In this document: positions 1 to 9,033 of the stretch, in pieces
Numbering within the stretch: position 1 is the stretch's first letter
Layout: the number at the start of each line of letters is the position of its first letter
Source of the DNA: a virus
Lineage: Duplodnaviria > Caudoviricetes
Virus record (IMG/VR): IMGVR_UViG_3300016466_000019
Location: 1-37,436 of that record
DNA: 37,436 bases
Strand: one strand, 5' to 3'
Notes under the pieces: generated by a model
Told to the model about the DNA's origin: nothing
Databases searched by the model: none
The model's input: only the letters and a program-made list of their open reading frames with translations
Position numbers and translations under genes: made by a program

Positions 1-52
1 CCGCAGCCGCAGGAGCCGCAGCGGGAGCCGCAGCGGGAGCCGCAGCAGCAGG
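1..52 (-). repeat. 12-bp coding tandem repeat (GAGCCGCAGCGG-like) encoding (PAAA)n
   Basis: ccgcagccgcaggagccgcagcgggagccgcagcgggagccgcagcagcagg is visible directly. Confidence 0.8.
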
Positions 53-319
53 AGGCGCAACGTACTGCACAGGTAGGATACCTGCGTCGGGGCCGGTGAC
101 AGGAGCCGCCAGCCCTGCAAACGCTGCACCCAGATCGGGAGCCGCTTGGGGTTGGAAAGACCCAAGCTGAGTACGCGCCATCTGCGCTTTGAGGTCAGCC
201 AGTCGATTCTGTTCTTCGATGGCAAGCTGGCTTTCGCGGGCTACTCGTTCGGCTTGTTCAGCCTCCCGCATACTGCGCCCAACAACGCCAGCCCCACCAA
301 GTAATTGCCCGATATTCAT
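2..319 (-). CDS. Putative internal virion/ejection protein, N-terminal part; runs off the window edge
   Basis: ATG at 319 preceded by AAGGAG. Reads MNIGQLLGGAGVVGRSMREAEQAERVARESQLAIEEQNRL... into an Ala/Pro repeat, open to the edge. Follows other ejection-like genes. Not in the ORF track. Confidence 0.65.
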   Translation of the reverse strand, partial: MNIGQLLGGAGVVGRSMREAEQAERVARESQLAIEEQNRLADLKAQMARTQLGSFQPQAAPDLGAAFAGLAAPVTGPDAGILPVQYVAPPAAAAPAAAPAAAPAAA

Positions 320-328
320 GGCTTCTCC

Positions 329-1882
329 TTACGGCCCTTTGCTGCCAGAGCGTGCGCCACCTGTCAACGAACCAAACAGTTCACCAATATCGCGTTGCGT
401 CTGACGCGCACGTTCGGCTGCGGAACCATATGCGCCACGCAGGTTGGTGTAGTCGCCCATGCTAGATGGGAAAGAACTCGGCATCATGTTCAAACCAGCC
501 TGCATCGTACCGAGACGCCCCTGAACACCGGACATATATCCTTGGTCGAACGCACTACCAACATCTCGCCCAATGGCTAGATCAAAGCGGCGGGACTCAG
601 CCTCACGCGCTGAACCCGTCAGACCACGCAGACCGGCCCGCTTGGCCTTGGCACCCGCCAACTGAGCGCGACGAGCGCGTTGCAGACCGAAGTACTCGGG
701 GTCGAAGTACTTCGACTCACCGATGAGGTTTTGCGCTTGTTGGAGTCGCTGGTCAAACAGCGCCCGATTAGTCTGCTGAAGCATTCGCAACTCGTCGGTC
801 TGAGCTTGCAGTAATGCACGCTCCTCACTCGACAAACCATCACCTGCGATTGCGGAACCTGCCAACATACCGCCAGCGCGTAGCGTCAAGTCAGCCAACG
901 CTTTGGGGTCACTAAACTTAGCGGCAATTTCGCCGGGAACTTTCGCAAGTGCCTCAGCAAAAGTTGTAGGCGCGACGGATGGTAGCGGCGCAGGCGGCGT
1001 CGTTAGCGGCACACCAGCGCCCCGTGCAGCAGCGTCCCACTCAGGAACACCAGACGCGACACCCTCACCCAAAAACGCGCCTTGTTCGCCTACGACACCA
1101 GTAGTTGGGTAGGTCGTCGTAGGCATCATCGTGATCGGCGCTGGTGGTGTCGTTAGCGTCAGCCCAGCATTCTGCGCAGCGGCATCCCAACTCGGTACGC
1201 CGGAAGCTATACCCTCACCCAAGAACGCACCATTGCCTGTGGGTGCCGCCGTCAACATTGGTGTCGTCGTAGGCGTCATCATAATCGGCGATGGTGGTGT
1301 CGTTAGCGTCAGCCCAGCATTCTGAGCGGCTGCGTCAAAACTTGGAACGCCGGAAGCTACACCCTCACCGAGAAACGCTCCTTGCCCAAGCATCGGTGTC
1401 GTCGTAGGCGTTATAACTGCTTGCGGGGCAACGGGGTAAGTAGTTGCCACGGGGGTCATCATCGTGAGCGGCGCAGGAGGCGTTGTTAGAGTTAACCCTG
1501 CGGTCTGCGCAGCGGCGTCCCATGCGGGTACTCCTGACGCAATCCCTTCCCCAAGGAACGCACCCTGCCCAGTCGCCAAAGTTGGTGCTGCTGCCGTCGT
1601 CGGAGCAGTAGCAGCAGTAGGTGCAGCAGTGTACCCACCAATACCTCCTCCAATACCACCCATCAACGCCCCTCGCCCAACATCGCCGCCTGTGATGGCG
1701 GCTGACGCCCCTCCAAGCACGGCTCCTGTGAGGGCACCTCCGATCACACTACCCGCCGTGGCCGAGCCAACTGCCGTGCCGATGGCCGCAGACAGCCCGA
1801 TGGATGATGCAATCGCAGGAGCAGCAAATGGAATAGCGACTGCCGCGACGACAGCAACTACAGTTTTGACAGCCTTACTCAT
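329..1882 (-). CDS. Putative ejection/pilot protein (517 aa) with Gly/Ala-rich hydrophobic N-terminus, four internal repeats and a helical Gln-rich C-terminus
   Basis: Start re-assigned to MSKAVKTVV (ATG 1882, AAGGAG upstream). Composition and position downstream of a GNAT-like gene are typical of podovirus internal virion proteins. Confidence 0.7.
   Translation of the reverse strand: MSKAVKTVVAVVAAVAIPFAAPAIASSIGLSAAIGTAVGSATAGSVIGGALTGAVLGGASAAITGGDVGRGALMGGIGGGIGGYTAAPTAATAPTTAAAPTLATGQGAFLGEGIASGVPAWDAAAQTAGLTLTTPPAPLTMMTPVATTYPVAPQAVITPTTTPMLGQGAFLGEGVASGVPSFDAAAQNAGLTLTTPPSPIMMTPTTTPMLTAAPTGNGAFLGEGIASGVPSWDAAAQNAGLTLTTPPAPITMMPTTTYPTTGVVGEQGAFLGEGVASGVPEWDAAARGAGVPLTTPPAPLPSVAPTTFAEALAKVPGEIAAKFSDPKALADLTLRAGGMLAGSAIAGDGLSSEERALLQAQTDELRMLQQTNRALFDQRLQQAQNLIGESKYFDPEYFGLQRARRAQLAGAKAKRAGLRGLTGSAREAESRRFDLAIGRDVGSAFDQGYMSGVQGRLGTMQAGLNMMPSSFPSSMGDYTNLRGAYGSAAERARQTQRDIGELFGSLTGGARSGSKGP
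986..1570 (-). repeat. Four copies of a ~34-aa repeat GxGAFLGEG(I/V)ASGVPx(W/F)DAAAxxAG(L/V)xLTTPP(A/S)P
   Basis: Copies start at about 1570, 1387, 1237 and 1087, separated by Thr/Pro/Met linkers. Confidence 0.95.
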
Positions 1883-1892
1883 TTCGATCTCC

Positions 1893-2324
1893 TTATAACG
1901 CCATCCTGACGTACATGCAGGACTTACTGAACCCAAACCGATTCAGGTAAATCTTTGCAAGACGCTCAGGTGCATACGCATCGAGGAACTCCACCCCGTT
2001 GGCTTTGAGCCATTCGAGAATGATGTGCCAGTACGCAGCTTTGAATCTCATCAACCCTCGGCCTGCCAGCGCCATAACGTCGGCACACTTGTGACCGTTG
2101 GTCGTATTGAACTGGATGCCAAGAACACATGCGGGTTCGCCATCCTCGAAGCCCACGAAGATGGCGACAAGTCCAGCGACAGCGAGAACGTAGATGTCCT
2201 TGGCATCGAGTTCGTCTTTTGCGATCTCGTTGCCTCTACACGCAGCATCGAAATGCGGCTCCAACACGGGCCACAACTCAGTGACCCGTTCGGGCGTCAA
2301 CATCTCGATGGTCATCTGGCTCAT
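1893..2324 (-). CDS. GNAT-like (acetyltransferase-fold) virion-associated protein
   Basis: 143 aa alpha/beta pattern ending ...YLNRFGFSKSCMYVRMAL. Sits between tail and ejection genes, as in many podoviruses. Confidence 0.55.
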   Translation of the reverse strand: MSQMTIEMLTPERVTELWPVLEPHFDAACRGNEIAKDELDAKDIYVLAVAGLVAIFVGFEDGEPACVLGIQFNTTNGHKCADVMALAGRGLMRFKAAYWHIILEWLKANGVEFLDAYAPERLAKIYLNRFGFSKSCMYVRMAL

Positions 2325-3127
2325 CAGGATTCCTTGTACTTTTCAACGAGGCTGTCGAAGAACTCCTTGCCCTTCATCTTTACCACGTTGGCGGGGATGA
2401 CATATTCTCCTTCATGGGCGTTGATTAGTACAGAGCCGTCATCTTTCTTGGACTTCGGAACTGCACCGCCCATCGCCATGCTTGGGGCACCTGCCATCGC
2501 CGGGGAACCACCCTGCATCATGTTCTGACCACCGAGGTCGGCCTGCACTGCACGGGCCGCAAGCAGCAGCACAAACACCAGCCCTTGGTCGTACTGCTGC
2601 GGGAGGTCTTGCTCCGTAGCGATGCCTTGCTGGATAGCGAACCTGCGGATGTAAGGGTACATCTCGGGGTTCTGTGCAGCGACCGTCGCTAACTGGACGA
2701 TCATGTTAAGTTCGTCTTGCGTCAACTCGCCGGTCTGCATCACTTCCATGATGGCCCCGCGAATCTGAGCAAGCTGCTGCGGGTGCTGCGTGGCGAACTG
2801 GTTGACCTGCATTTCCAGCATCTGGGGCGACATGCCGCCCTGCCCAACCATCTGCGGGTTTACCCCCGGCTGCATACCTGTCGTGTCGGGGACACCACCG
2901 GGGCCAATCATGCCGCCCTGTTGGTACGAGAACGTACCGGGCGCAGCCATACCGGAGGAGATACCACCTGCGGTGATCATGCCTGACTGCGGAGCCGAAG
3001 GCACCGTAGGCGACCCAACACTCAGGATGCTGGCAAGCGCAGGCGGGAGATCAAGCGAAGTCGTAGGCGACGTAACCGGGGCACCCGACGCACTCAGCAT
3101 AGTCAGAGTTGGATTGTTCATGGTCAT
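2324..3127 (-). CDS. Putative internal virion protein, Met/Gln/Gly-rich, with C-terminal INAHEGEYVIPANVV motif
   Basis: 267 aa, translationally coupled to neighbours. Contains YQQGGMI and MAMGGAV motifs and a GEYVIPA motif. Confidence 0.6.
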   Translation of the reverse strand: MTMNNPTLTMLSASGAPVTSPTTSLDLPPALASILSVGSPTVPSAPQSGMITAGGISSGMAAPGTFSYQQGGMIGPGGVPDTTGMQPGVNPQMVGQGGMSPQMLEMQVNQFATQHPQQLAQIRGAIMEVMQTGELTQDELNMIVQLATVAAQNPEMYPYIRRFAIQQGIATEQDLPQQYDQGLVFVLLLAARAVQADLGGQNMMQGGSPAMAGAPSMAMGGAVPKSKKDDGSVLINAHEGEYVIPANVVKMKGKEFFDSLVEKYKES

Positions 3128-3480
3128 CCTTTCAGTTGGTTGATCAGCGTATTCACGGTCGCCCGCAGATTCGCTACATCATTGGCAAGTTGCTGGACAT
3201 CTGACACCAACTTGCTGTAATCGTCAAGGCTGGGCACAGTAGCCCCGCCGATTGTAAAACCCGCACCCGTCGCAGTAACCCGCGTCATCGTCTGATTCGC
3301 AGGGTTGGGGACAGTAACTTGCCCGCTCACCACAGCGCGGACAGACCTGTCTGAGCCACGGGCACCAATGAGGAGTTCGATGTTCTCCTTCATGGCGGTC
3401 ATTGTGTTGAACTGCCAGTCAGTCAAACCCCCCTGCGGGATGCTGGGGATGGCGGCAAATCGTGGGCCTCGTGTTGCCAT
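3124..3480 (-). CDS. Hypothetical tail-associated protein with C-terminal coiled coil
   Basis: 118 aa, coupled stop/start with both neighbours. Heptad-like LVSDVQQLANDVANLRATVNTL. Confidence 0.75.
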   Translation of the reverse strand: MATRGPRFAAIPSIPQGGLTDWQFNTMTAMKENIELLIGARGSDRSVRAVVSGQVTVPNPANQTMTRVTATGAGFTIGGATVPSLDDYSKLVSDVQQLANDVANLRATVNTLINQLKG

Positions 3481-6134
3481 TACGCCTCCCTCAGACCAAG
3501 CGGCGTCTCACCAAGGTGGATCGCCCGAACACGGACGTTACTCTCCACGCCAACCTCGAAAGTATCGGTGCGGTAACCAGTGGGTAGACGGAAAGCATTG
3601 GAGTCAGCTACCACGGTGGAGAAAATCAACTGCTTGTCCACCCAGAGTTTGAACGTCAGATTCTCCGCAGCATCCCAGAACTCAAGCGCCGAGTTCCACA
3701 ACTGCGTCTCGGTGTCCCACGTCTGGGTTACCGTCGCATAGTCCGCAACCACCCGTGCCGCGCCGAGGTTGATCATGTCCTTGGTCACGATGACCTTGGA
3801 CTTCCACTCCACCCGCACGCTGGGCTGGGCGAGATCATCCCACTGGTAGATATCGCCGTTGGTGCCGCTGACGTAGTACACGATGCCTTCTATCGAGTCG
3901 TACCACGAAGCGGTGAACGAGTAGTCGGCATCCACGAAGAAGCCGCCCACCTTGGCGTCCTGCTCAAAGATAAAGGCACCCGTCGAGTGCGAGGCGAAGT
4001 AGTTATCGCCGTAGTACTCTGCGATCACGGTCGATGGGTTGAGTGCTGTCGTCCATGTATCGTTGTTGTACAGCAGCTTGGTGATGATGGCCGAGCCAGC
4101 ACTGGGAGAGTAGACCGCCAGCCCGTCGTGCGTGGAGTACACGATACCGTAGCCCATCGTCACCATGCTGTTCTTGTTCAGGCATGGGAAGTTGGCGTCG
4201 ATCCGCGCCGTGGACATACCGTTGGCCGGGTCAGAACCAGAGACGAGATAGGGATAGGAGTCGGTCGTCACGAGCGCCGAGCCGCTGATCGCAGCGATAC
4301 CCACCACGTTGTGTTCCAGCGTGACGGCGTACTTGGCAGGCCATGCGTGCGGCAACCCCGGTTCGGAGAAGTACAGCGTGTTGCCAACAAAGCCACACAG
4401 GATGTTGTTCTGGATGGCCGTCAGCCCTTGGAGGTCTTCAGGCGGGGCGTCGTAATCATCCGTACCCAAGATGTCGAACAGATCACGGGAGTCGAAGTCG
4501 TCCGTGAAGTTGTAGGTGCCGTCCCCCCAGTACCGCGCCGTAGTCGTCGGCGGATTCTCTGAAACATCGTGATACAGAGTGCCAGCACCCACGGTCGTGA
4601 AGGCGACATCACCTGCGACCTGCGCATACTCAAAAGTGTAGTCGTCGATGACATCGGTGACGATACCACCCGTGATGTCAAACGATGCCACTGTGCAGCC
4701 GCTAATCTTAAATCGGTCATCAACATCGAGATTGTGCGGATACAGCAGCGCCACGCGGGAGACATTCGAGGTGCGCTGCACAGATGCCAGCCCGGTCGGG
4801 AACCACAACGTCTTGAGCAGGTAGTACTCAGTGCCGGATGCAGCCGCCAGCGTGCGATACAGCCGCACACCGCGCACAAAGTTGTTGCCAGACGGCTTGG
4901 CGGTCGGCAAGTTGGACACCGTGACGGTGATACCTTCCTTGATGTACAGGTTGTCCGAAGGGATGGAGGCAATCGACTCCTCCTCCCAAGGGGTGTACCA
5001 CGTAAACACATAGGAGCGTGCCTGCGTCTGCCCACCCAGTTCCACCGTGCCTGCGCTGCTGCTCGTCGTCGTGATGGCAGGGCCGGGGCTGAAGTAGGTG
5101 AACGTCGTGCTGTTGACCACCGTGCATTCCACGTTGGTCGCGTTCAGGTTGCGGATGTCCCAGCGGACATTGCCGCTGGTTGTTTGGGCCGACGAGGTAA
5201 CGATGTCGAACGTGTTGGCCGTGACGTTGGAGATCGTGTAGGTGCCATCAGGCGCGGTGCCAGTTGTGAAGTCCAGCGTAACCTGAGCGCCGTTGGACAA
5301 CCCGTGGGCCGTGATCGTGACCTGAATGGTCGTCGTGCCAGCGTTCGTCCAAGTGATGTTGCCCGTGCGAGCCGCAGCGGTCGGAGCCGTGACAGCGAAG
5401 TTGTCCTTGTCGATGACCACTGCTGAGTACGCGCCGTCCAGTCCGGGGTCAGCCGAGAACTGAAGGTTGACCGTCGCCCCCGATTGCAGCCCGTGGTTTG
5501 TCACGTTGACCGTGACGGACAGAGTGTTTGCCGCCTCGTTGTACGTGCCGGTTCTCGTCGTCCCAGCTTGTGTGTATGTCCCGCTGACAAAACTGAAGCC
5601 CGAGACGGAGACGAAATTGCCTGTGCGCAGCCCGTGTGCTGCCGATGTGACGATAGTCACGACATTCGACGTGTCACGGGCGTAGGAACTTGTTGTCTTG
5701 GAAGTAAAGGTCGCAGCCGTCGTGGTCAACTTCGCACTGTCAGGCGGCACAGGAAGCCCGAGATCGTAGTAGCCCACCGGGTACGGAGCCGCGCCAGTCG
5801 TCGCCAACTCATAGTTGCTGACCTTGGGCTTGCCATCGCCCGAGTAGTAGAACCGCTGCTCGTCCTTGTCCGTCTTGGACGCCACAGCGATGTCCACGTC
5901 GGTGAGCCACGACAACCACTTCTTGGCGTTCGTGCTGGGATCACGCAGGGCGAACAGCGTCTTGATCGTGCCGGAACGCTGCGTACTGGCAACCACCACC
6001 GGCTGGGGGTAGGGAATCAAGTCACCCGAATACAGTTTGCAGTTGCTTGCAATCTGCGCAGCCGTGTTCGGCAGCAACTCCGGGCTGATCTTTGGAGCCG
6101 TGCCGAGAAAGTTGGTGATCTTGACAGCAGCCAT
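3480..6134 (-). CDS. Tail nozzle/stabilisation-like protein (probable beta-propeller) with inserted HGL-repeat beta domains
   Basis: 884 aa beta-rich protein. GNTLYFSEPGLPHAWP motif typical of podovirus tail proteins. Four (A/N/P)H(G/N)L repeats. Confidence 0.75.
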   Translation of the reverse strand: MAAVKITNFLGTAPKISPELLPNTAAQIASNCKLYSGDLIPYPQPVVVASTQRSGTIKTLFALRDPSTNAKKWLSWLTDVDIAVASKTDKDEQRFYYSGDGKPKVSNYELATTGAAPYPVGYYDLGLPVPPDSAKLTTTAATFTSKTTSSYARDTSNVVTIVTSAAHGLRTGNFVSVSGFSFVSGTYTQAGTTRTGTYNEAANTLSVTVNVTNHGLQSGATVNLQFSADPGLDGAYSAVVIDKDNFAVTAPTAAARTGNITWTNAGTTTIQVTITAHGLSNGAQVTLDFTTGTAPDGTYTISNVTANTFDIVTSSAQTTSGNVRWDIRNLNATNVECTVVNSTTFTYFSPGPAITTTSSSAGTVELGGQTQARSYVFTWYTPWEEESIASIPSDNLYIKEGITVTVSNLPTAKPSGNNFVRGVRLYRTLAAASGTEYYLLKTLWFPTGLASVQRTSNVSRVALLYPHNLDVDDRFKISGCTVASFDITGGIVTDVIDDYTFEYAQVAGDVAFTTVGAGTLYHDVSENPPTTTARYWGDGTYNFTDDFDSRDLFDILGTDDYDAPPEDLQGLTAIQNNILCGFVGNTLYFSEPGLPHAWPAKYAVTLEHNVVGIAAISGSALVTTDSYPYLVSGSDPANGMSTARIDANFPCLNKNSMVTMGYGIVYSTHDGLAVYSPSAGSAIITKLLYNNDTWTTALNPSTVIAEYYGDNYFASHSTGAFIFEQDAKVGGFFVDADYSFTASWYDSIEGIVYYVSGTNGDIYQWDDLAQPSVRVEWKSKVIVTKDMINLGAARVVADYATVTQTWDTETQLWNSALEFWDAAENLTFKLWVDKQLIFSTVVADSNAFRLPTGYRTDTFEVGVESNVRVRAIHLGETPLGLREA

Positions 6135-6136
6135 TC

Positions 6137-6592
6137 CTATACCAGTTCAAAATGCGGGCCGTCGATGAAGGGGCGCTGGCCCTGCTTGCGCCGGGTGTCA
6201 ATGTAGTAATTCATCGCAGCCTCCATCGTACCGTTCCATTTGCGAATATCGGGGATATTCCACGCAGCGCCCCATCGCACACCCACACCAACTTCCTGTG
6301 CGGCCCACTTCATGGCGTCTGCAATATCATCGTAGAGATTCAACTCCCACGAGACGCGGGTGCCGATGAACGCCACGAGATCGACAGCCTCACCCTTGAC
6401 GTGAGTGCCGCCCTCGGCAATCTGGCTGGCCCCCTTCTCGAACAACTCACGCTGCCGCGCCGCTGTGCGCACCCCCTCGGTAACGGCGAAGTCCACCTTG
6501 GCCAACTGGATGGCACGCTCGACAACTGCCACAAGCTGAGGGTCAACCCCAATGAGCTTGTCGCGGCTGCGGCGGGAGAGTTGGAAGGTCAT
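6137..6592 (-). CDS. Endolysin, M15 family peptidase (L-Ala-D-Glu type)
   Basis: EGVRT..RQ, HxxGxAVDL, VRWG and C-terminal DGPHFEL motifs. Adjacent to a holin. Confidence 0.85.
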   Translation of the reverse strand: MTFQLSRRSRDKLIGVDPQLVAVVERAIQLAKVDFAVTEGVRTAARQRELFEKGASQIAEGGTHVKGEAVDLVAFIGTRVSWELNLYDDIADAMKWAAQEVGVGVRWGAAWNIPDIRKWNGTMEAAMNYYIDTRRKQGQRPFIDGPHFELV

Positions 6593-6978
6593 CGCTTCAG
6601 TACCCCCGCAATGGCTGGTGCGACTTTCTCAACCGAGCGCCCGATGACGTAGCCACCGATGCCCAGTTCGACAATCGACCACAGCTTGAGGTACTCAGCC
6701 TCGGAGAGATTCGGAGCAGCAAACCCGAACCAACGCGCCACGATCAACCCACCGAAGGTGAGCATGAGGAGCGGACGCCAGTTGGCAGCAAGCCAATGCT
6801 CGCTGGCGGCTTCGGCTTTGACGATCTCAGCCCGACCCGTCAGTTCCGCGAGTTCGCCCTTCTGCGCCATCTCCATGAGCGCGAGCTTGGCTTGATCACG
6901 CTTGTCAGGATCGGGCCACAAACGGTCGATCAGTTGGCCCCCAAGATTGAGGGCTGCGGTCAACGGGTCAGCAGCCAT
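6589..6978 (-). CDS. Holin, 3TM/GTA-holin-like family
   Basis: Start re-assigned to MAADPLTAAL (6978). EAASEHWLAANWRP motif, two hydrophobic segments, GYVIGRSVEK ending. Confidence 0.75.
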   Translation of the reverse strand: MAADPLTAALNLGGQLIDRLWPDPDKRDQAKLALMEMAQKGELAELTGRAEIVKAEAASEHWLAANWRPLLMLTFGGLIVARWFGFAAPNLSEAEYLKLWSIVELGIGGYVIGRSVEKVAPAIAGVLKR

Positions 6979-6979
6979 C

Positions 6980-7156
6980 TCACTTACCCTTGGTTTTGGA
7001 TGAACCGTGCTTGGCACCGGGCATCATCTTGCCGTCAGGCATTTTGTGCATCGGTTGCTTGACCATGCCGCCAGCCTTGTAGGACATCGGCTTCTTGACC
7101 ATGCCGCCTTTTTTGTATGACATGGGCTTCTTCTCTTTCATCATCATTCCGGGCAT
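6980..7156 (-). CDS. Small Met/Lys-rich protein (58 aa) with tandem KKPMSYKxGGMV repeats
   Basis: MPGMMMKEKKPMSYKKGGMVKKPMSYKAGGMVKQPMHKMPDGKMMPGAKHGSSKTKGK*. AAAGGAGG RBS. Fills the gap exactly. Not in the ORF track. Confidence 0.8.
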   Translation of the reverse strand: MPGMMMKEKKPMSYKKGGMVKKPMSYKAGGMVKQPMHKMPDGKMMPGAKHGSSKTKGK

Positions 7157-7157
7157 C

Positions 7158-7337
7158 TCAGCCTCCTTTAATCAAGATTGCAATGATCACACCTGCCATA
7201 CCCGTGATCATTGCCCCAGCGGCTTTGATCAGGAGTTTCTCAAGTCGGTCAACACGGGTAATGAACGTGCTGTACCGCTCCGCACAGATCGCCTCGTGCG
7301 TAATCAGTTTATTTTCCAAGTCGTTGACCGATGACAT
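7158..7337 (-). CDS. Small coiled-coil + C-terminal TM protein (XhlA/holin-like), 59 aa
   Basis: MSSVNDLENKLITHEAICAERYSTFITRVDRLEKLLIKAAGAMITGMAGVIIAILIKGG*. Tight packing. Not in the ORF track. Confidence 0.8.
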   Translation of the reverse strand: MSSVNDLENKLITHEAICAERYSTFITRVDRLEKLLIKAAGAMITGMAGVIIAILIKGG

Positions 7338-7341
7338 TTAC

Positions 7342-9033
7342 TTAGCCCCCCGCTTCAAGCGCAGACAACCGAGCTTCAAAACCGCGAGCGATGAACATCA
7401 GAAGCTGATCGACACGGAAGCCATAAGAGTCCCCGGCTTCCCGCACAACCTCATCGCGTTCTTCTGACACCAGCACAGGATCACCACCGGGGATGTCCGG
7501 GTTCTCCTTGTACTTCGCCGGATGGTGTTGCACAACATCATCCCACTTGTCGTAGCAGATAAAACCGTACTTCATTGCATCGAGTCCATGCGACTCCATA
7601 ATCTCGACAGCACGCTGCACAGTCATACCTATATGCGTCCGTGCGCCGTCAGCACCTTTGCTGGCGACAGAGGCAAGAAACTGGAAAGTGCCAATTTCCC
7701 TTGCGAGGTCTTTGGCCGCAGCCATCTCAGCAGCAGTGAAGGGGGCCACCGCCGTCTTGACTCGCGCATCGGATGTATTGATCGTACCGTTCCCAGCAAA
7801 AACTTCAGACCAGCGGTACGACGCCGTACCAATCGACTTTGTGTTGTCAGCCCCCGGACGAACATGCCCGTCCGACTGAAGCACCAGACCCTGTGCGATT
7901 GCGACACCCGTGGCCTTGTACCAAAGTGCCATCGAGCCAATGGCTTGTCCGCCGTTCTCGCTGGTACAGGAAATGCGCCCGATGACCGAATCAGAATTCG
8001 TTGCCCCAGAGTTGTAGGCAGTGAAATTCAGATTGTTTGTACCAGCGCTAGACGTATCTACGAGCGCGAGAGACGTGTCACCGGCAATAGCGACGGACAA
8101 CTTGCCATATAGGTTAGGAGTGCGCGTTCCGATACCTACACGCCCACCATTACCAGTTTGGAACGCAAGGACATCGGGGTATACATTGTCCGTGTTGTCA
8201 ACGTCAATATTCCACGATAGTCCAGTGTACTGCCACCCAGATGCTGACTGGAAACGGTAAGCCCGCGCAGCGAATGCGACACCATTAGTAGTCCCAGCTT
8301 CGTACTGAATCTGGAACGCTTTCTTAACGTCTCCAGATGTTTCCCCGACACTACCGCCACGAACATTGACGTTGGACGAATCCAAGATACTGCCAACGGT
8401 AACACTTGGAGTACCGATAGCGACCTTCCCTGTGCCGTTTGGCTCGACAACTATGAATCCGTTTGCAGCGTCGTAGATACGGACAAAACCACTGTTTGTC
8501 CCACTGTTAGTGTTGAGGATCAGATCGCCTGTACCGTTCGTAGTAATCGTCGCATTCGCTCCAGAATCGCCAACGCGCACCGTGTCTGCGTCAAGCTGGA
8601 CATCTCCGCTCCCGTTCGGAGCAATGACGACATTACCGTTGCTATCCGTAGATGAAATCGTGTTGCCGTTGAGTTGGAGGTTGTCAACACGCAAATCAGT
8701 AACGGCAGAATTGGTTCCAATAGTCACGCCGTCAATCTCACCAGCGGCAATATCCACTTTCGATATCGCAACGGCACCAGTGCCGTTTGGCGTCATCGTA
8801 ATATTGCCATTCGAGTTGGTGCTACTGATCGTGTTTCCGTTGATCTGGATGTTATCGACATCCAATATTGTTGGGTTGGTGCCAATCTCAACGACGTTGC
8901 CGCCGCTGTCTTTGGAGTACAACCGTTTATCAAACGTGTTGACCGCAAGCTCGGCACCGCCAGCAGCGTTTGTCAAGTCACCAGCGGCAGGAGCGCCAGT
9001 GGTGTCCTTCTTTTTGGTCAGGATGGTAGTCAT
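7342..9033 (-). CDS. Fibre protein with C-terminal intramolecular chaperone (peptidase S74-like)
   Basis: N-terminal GAELAVNTFDKRLY domain, repeated VDN.Q.NGNTISST..NGN...PNG.G, GRVGIGT, then INTSDARVK cleavage motif, RTHIGMTVQ and a coiled-coil end. Confidence 0.85.
   Translation of the reverse strand: MTTILTKKKDTTGAPAAGDLTNAAGGAELAVNTFDKRLYSKDSGGNVVEIGTNPTILDVDNIQINGNTISSTNSNGNITMTPNGTGAVAISKVDIAAGEIDGVTIGTNSAVTDLRVDNLQLNGNTISSTDSNGNVVIAPNGSGDVQLDADTVRVGDSGANATITTNGTGDLILNTNSGTNSGFVRIYDAANGFIVVEPNGTGKVAIGTPSVTVGSILDSSNVNVRGGSVGETSGDVKKAFQIQYEAGTTNGVAFAARAYRFQSASGWQYTGLSWNIDVDNTDNVYPDVLAFQTGNGGRVGIGTRTPNLYGKLSVAIAGDTSLALVDTSSAGTNNLNFTAYNSGATNSDSVIGRISCTSENGGQAIGSMALWYKATGVAIAQGLVLQSDGHVRPGADNTKSIGTASYRWSEVFAGNGTINTSDARVKTAVAPFTAAEMAAAKDLAREIGTFQFLASVASKGADGARTHIGMTVQRAVEIMESHGLDAMKYGFICYDKWDDVVQHHPAKYKENPDIPGGDPVLVSEERDEVVREAGDSYGFRVDQLLMFIARGFEARLSALEAGG

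Noticed and set aside
986-1570. Repeats as a diversity-generating retroelement TR/VR pair
   Set aside because: All copies are in-frame within one gene, differences are not adenine-specific, and no reverse transcriptase is present in the window.
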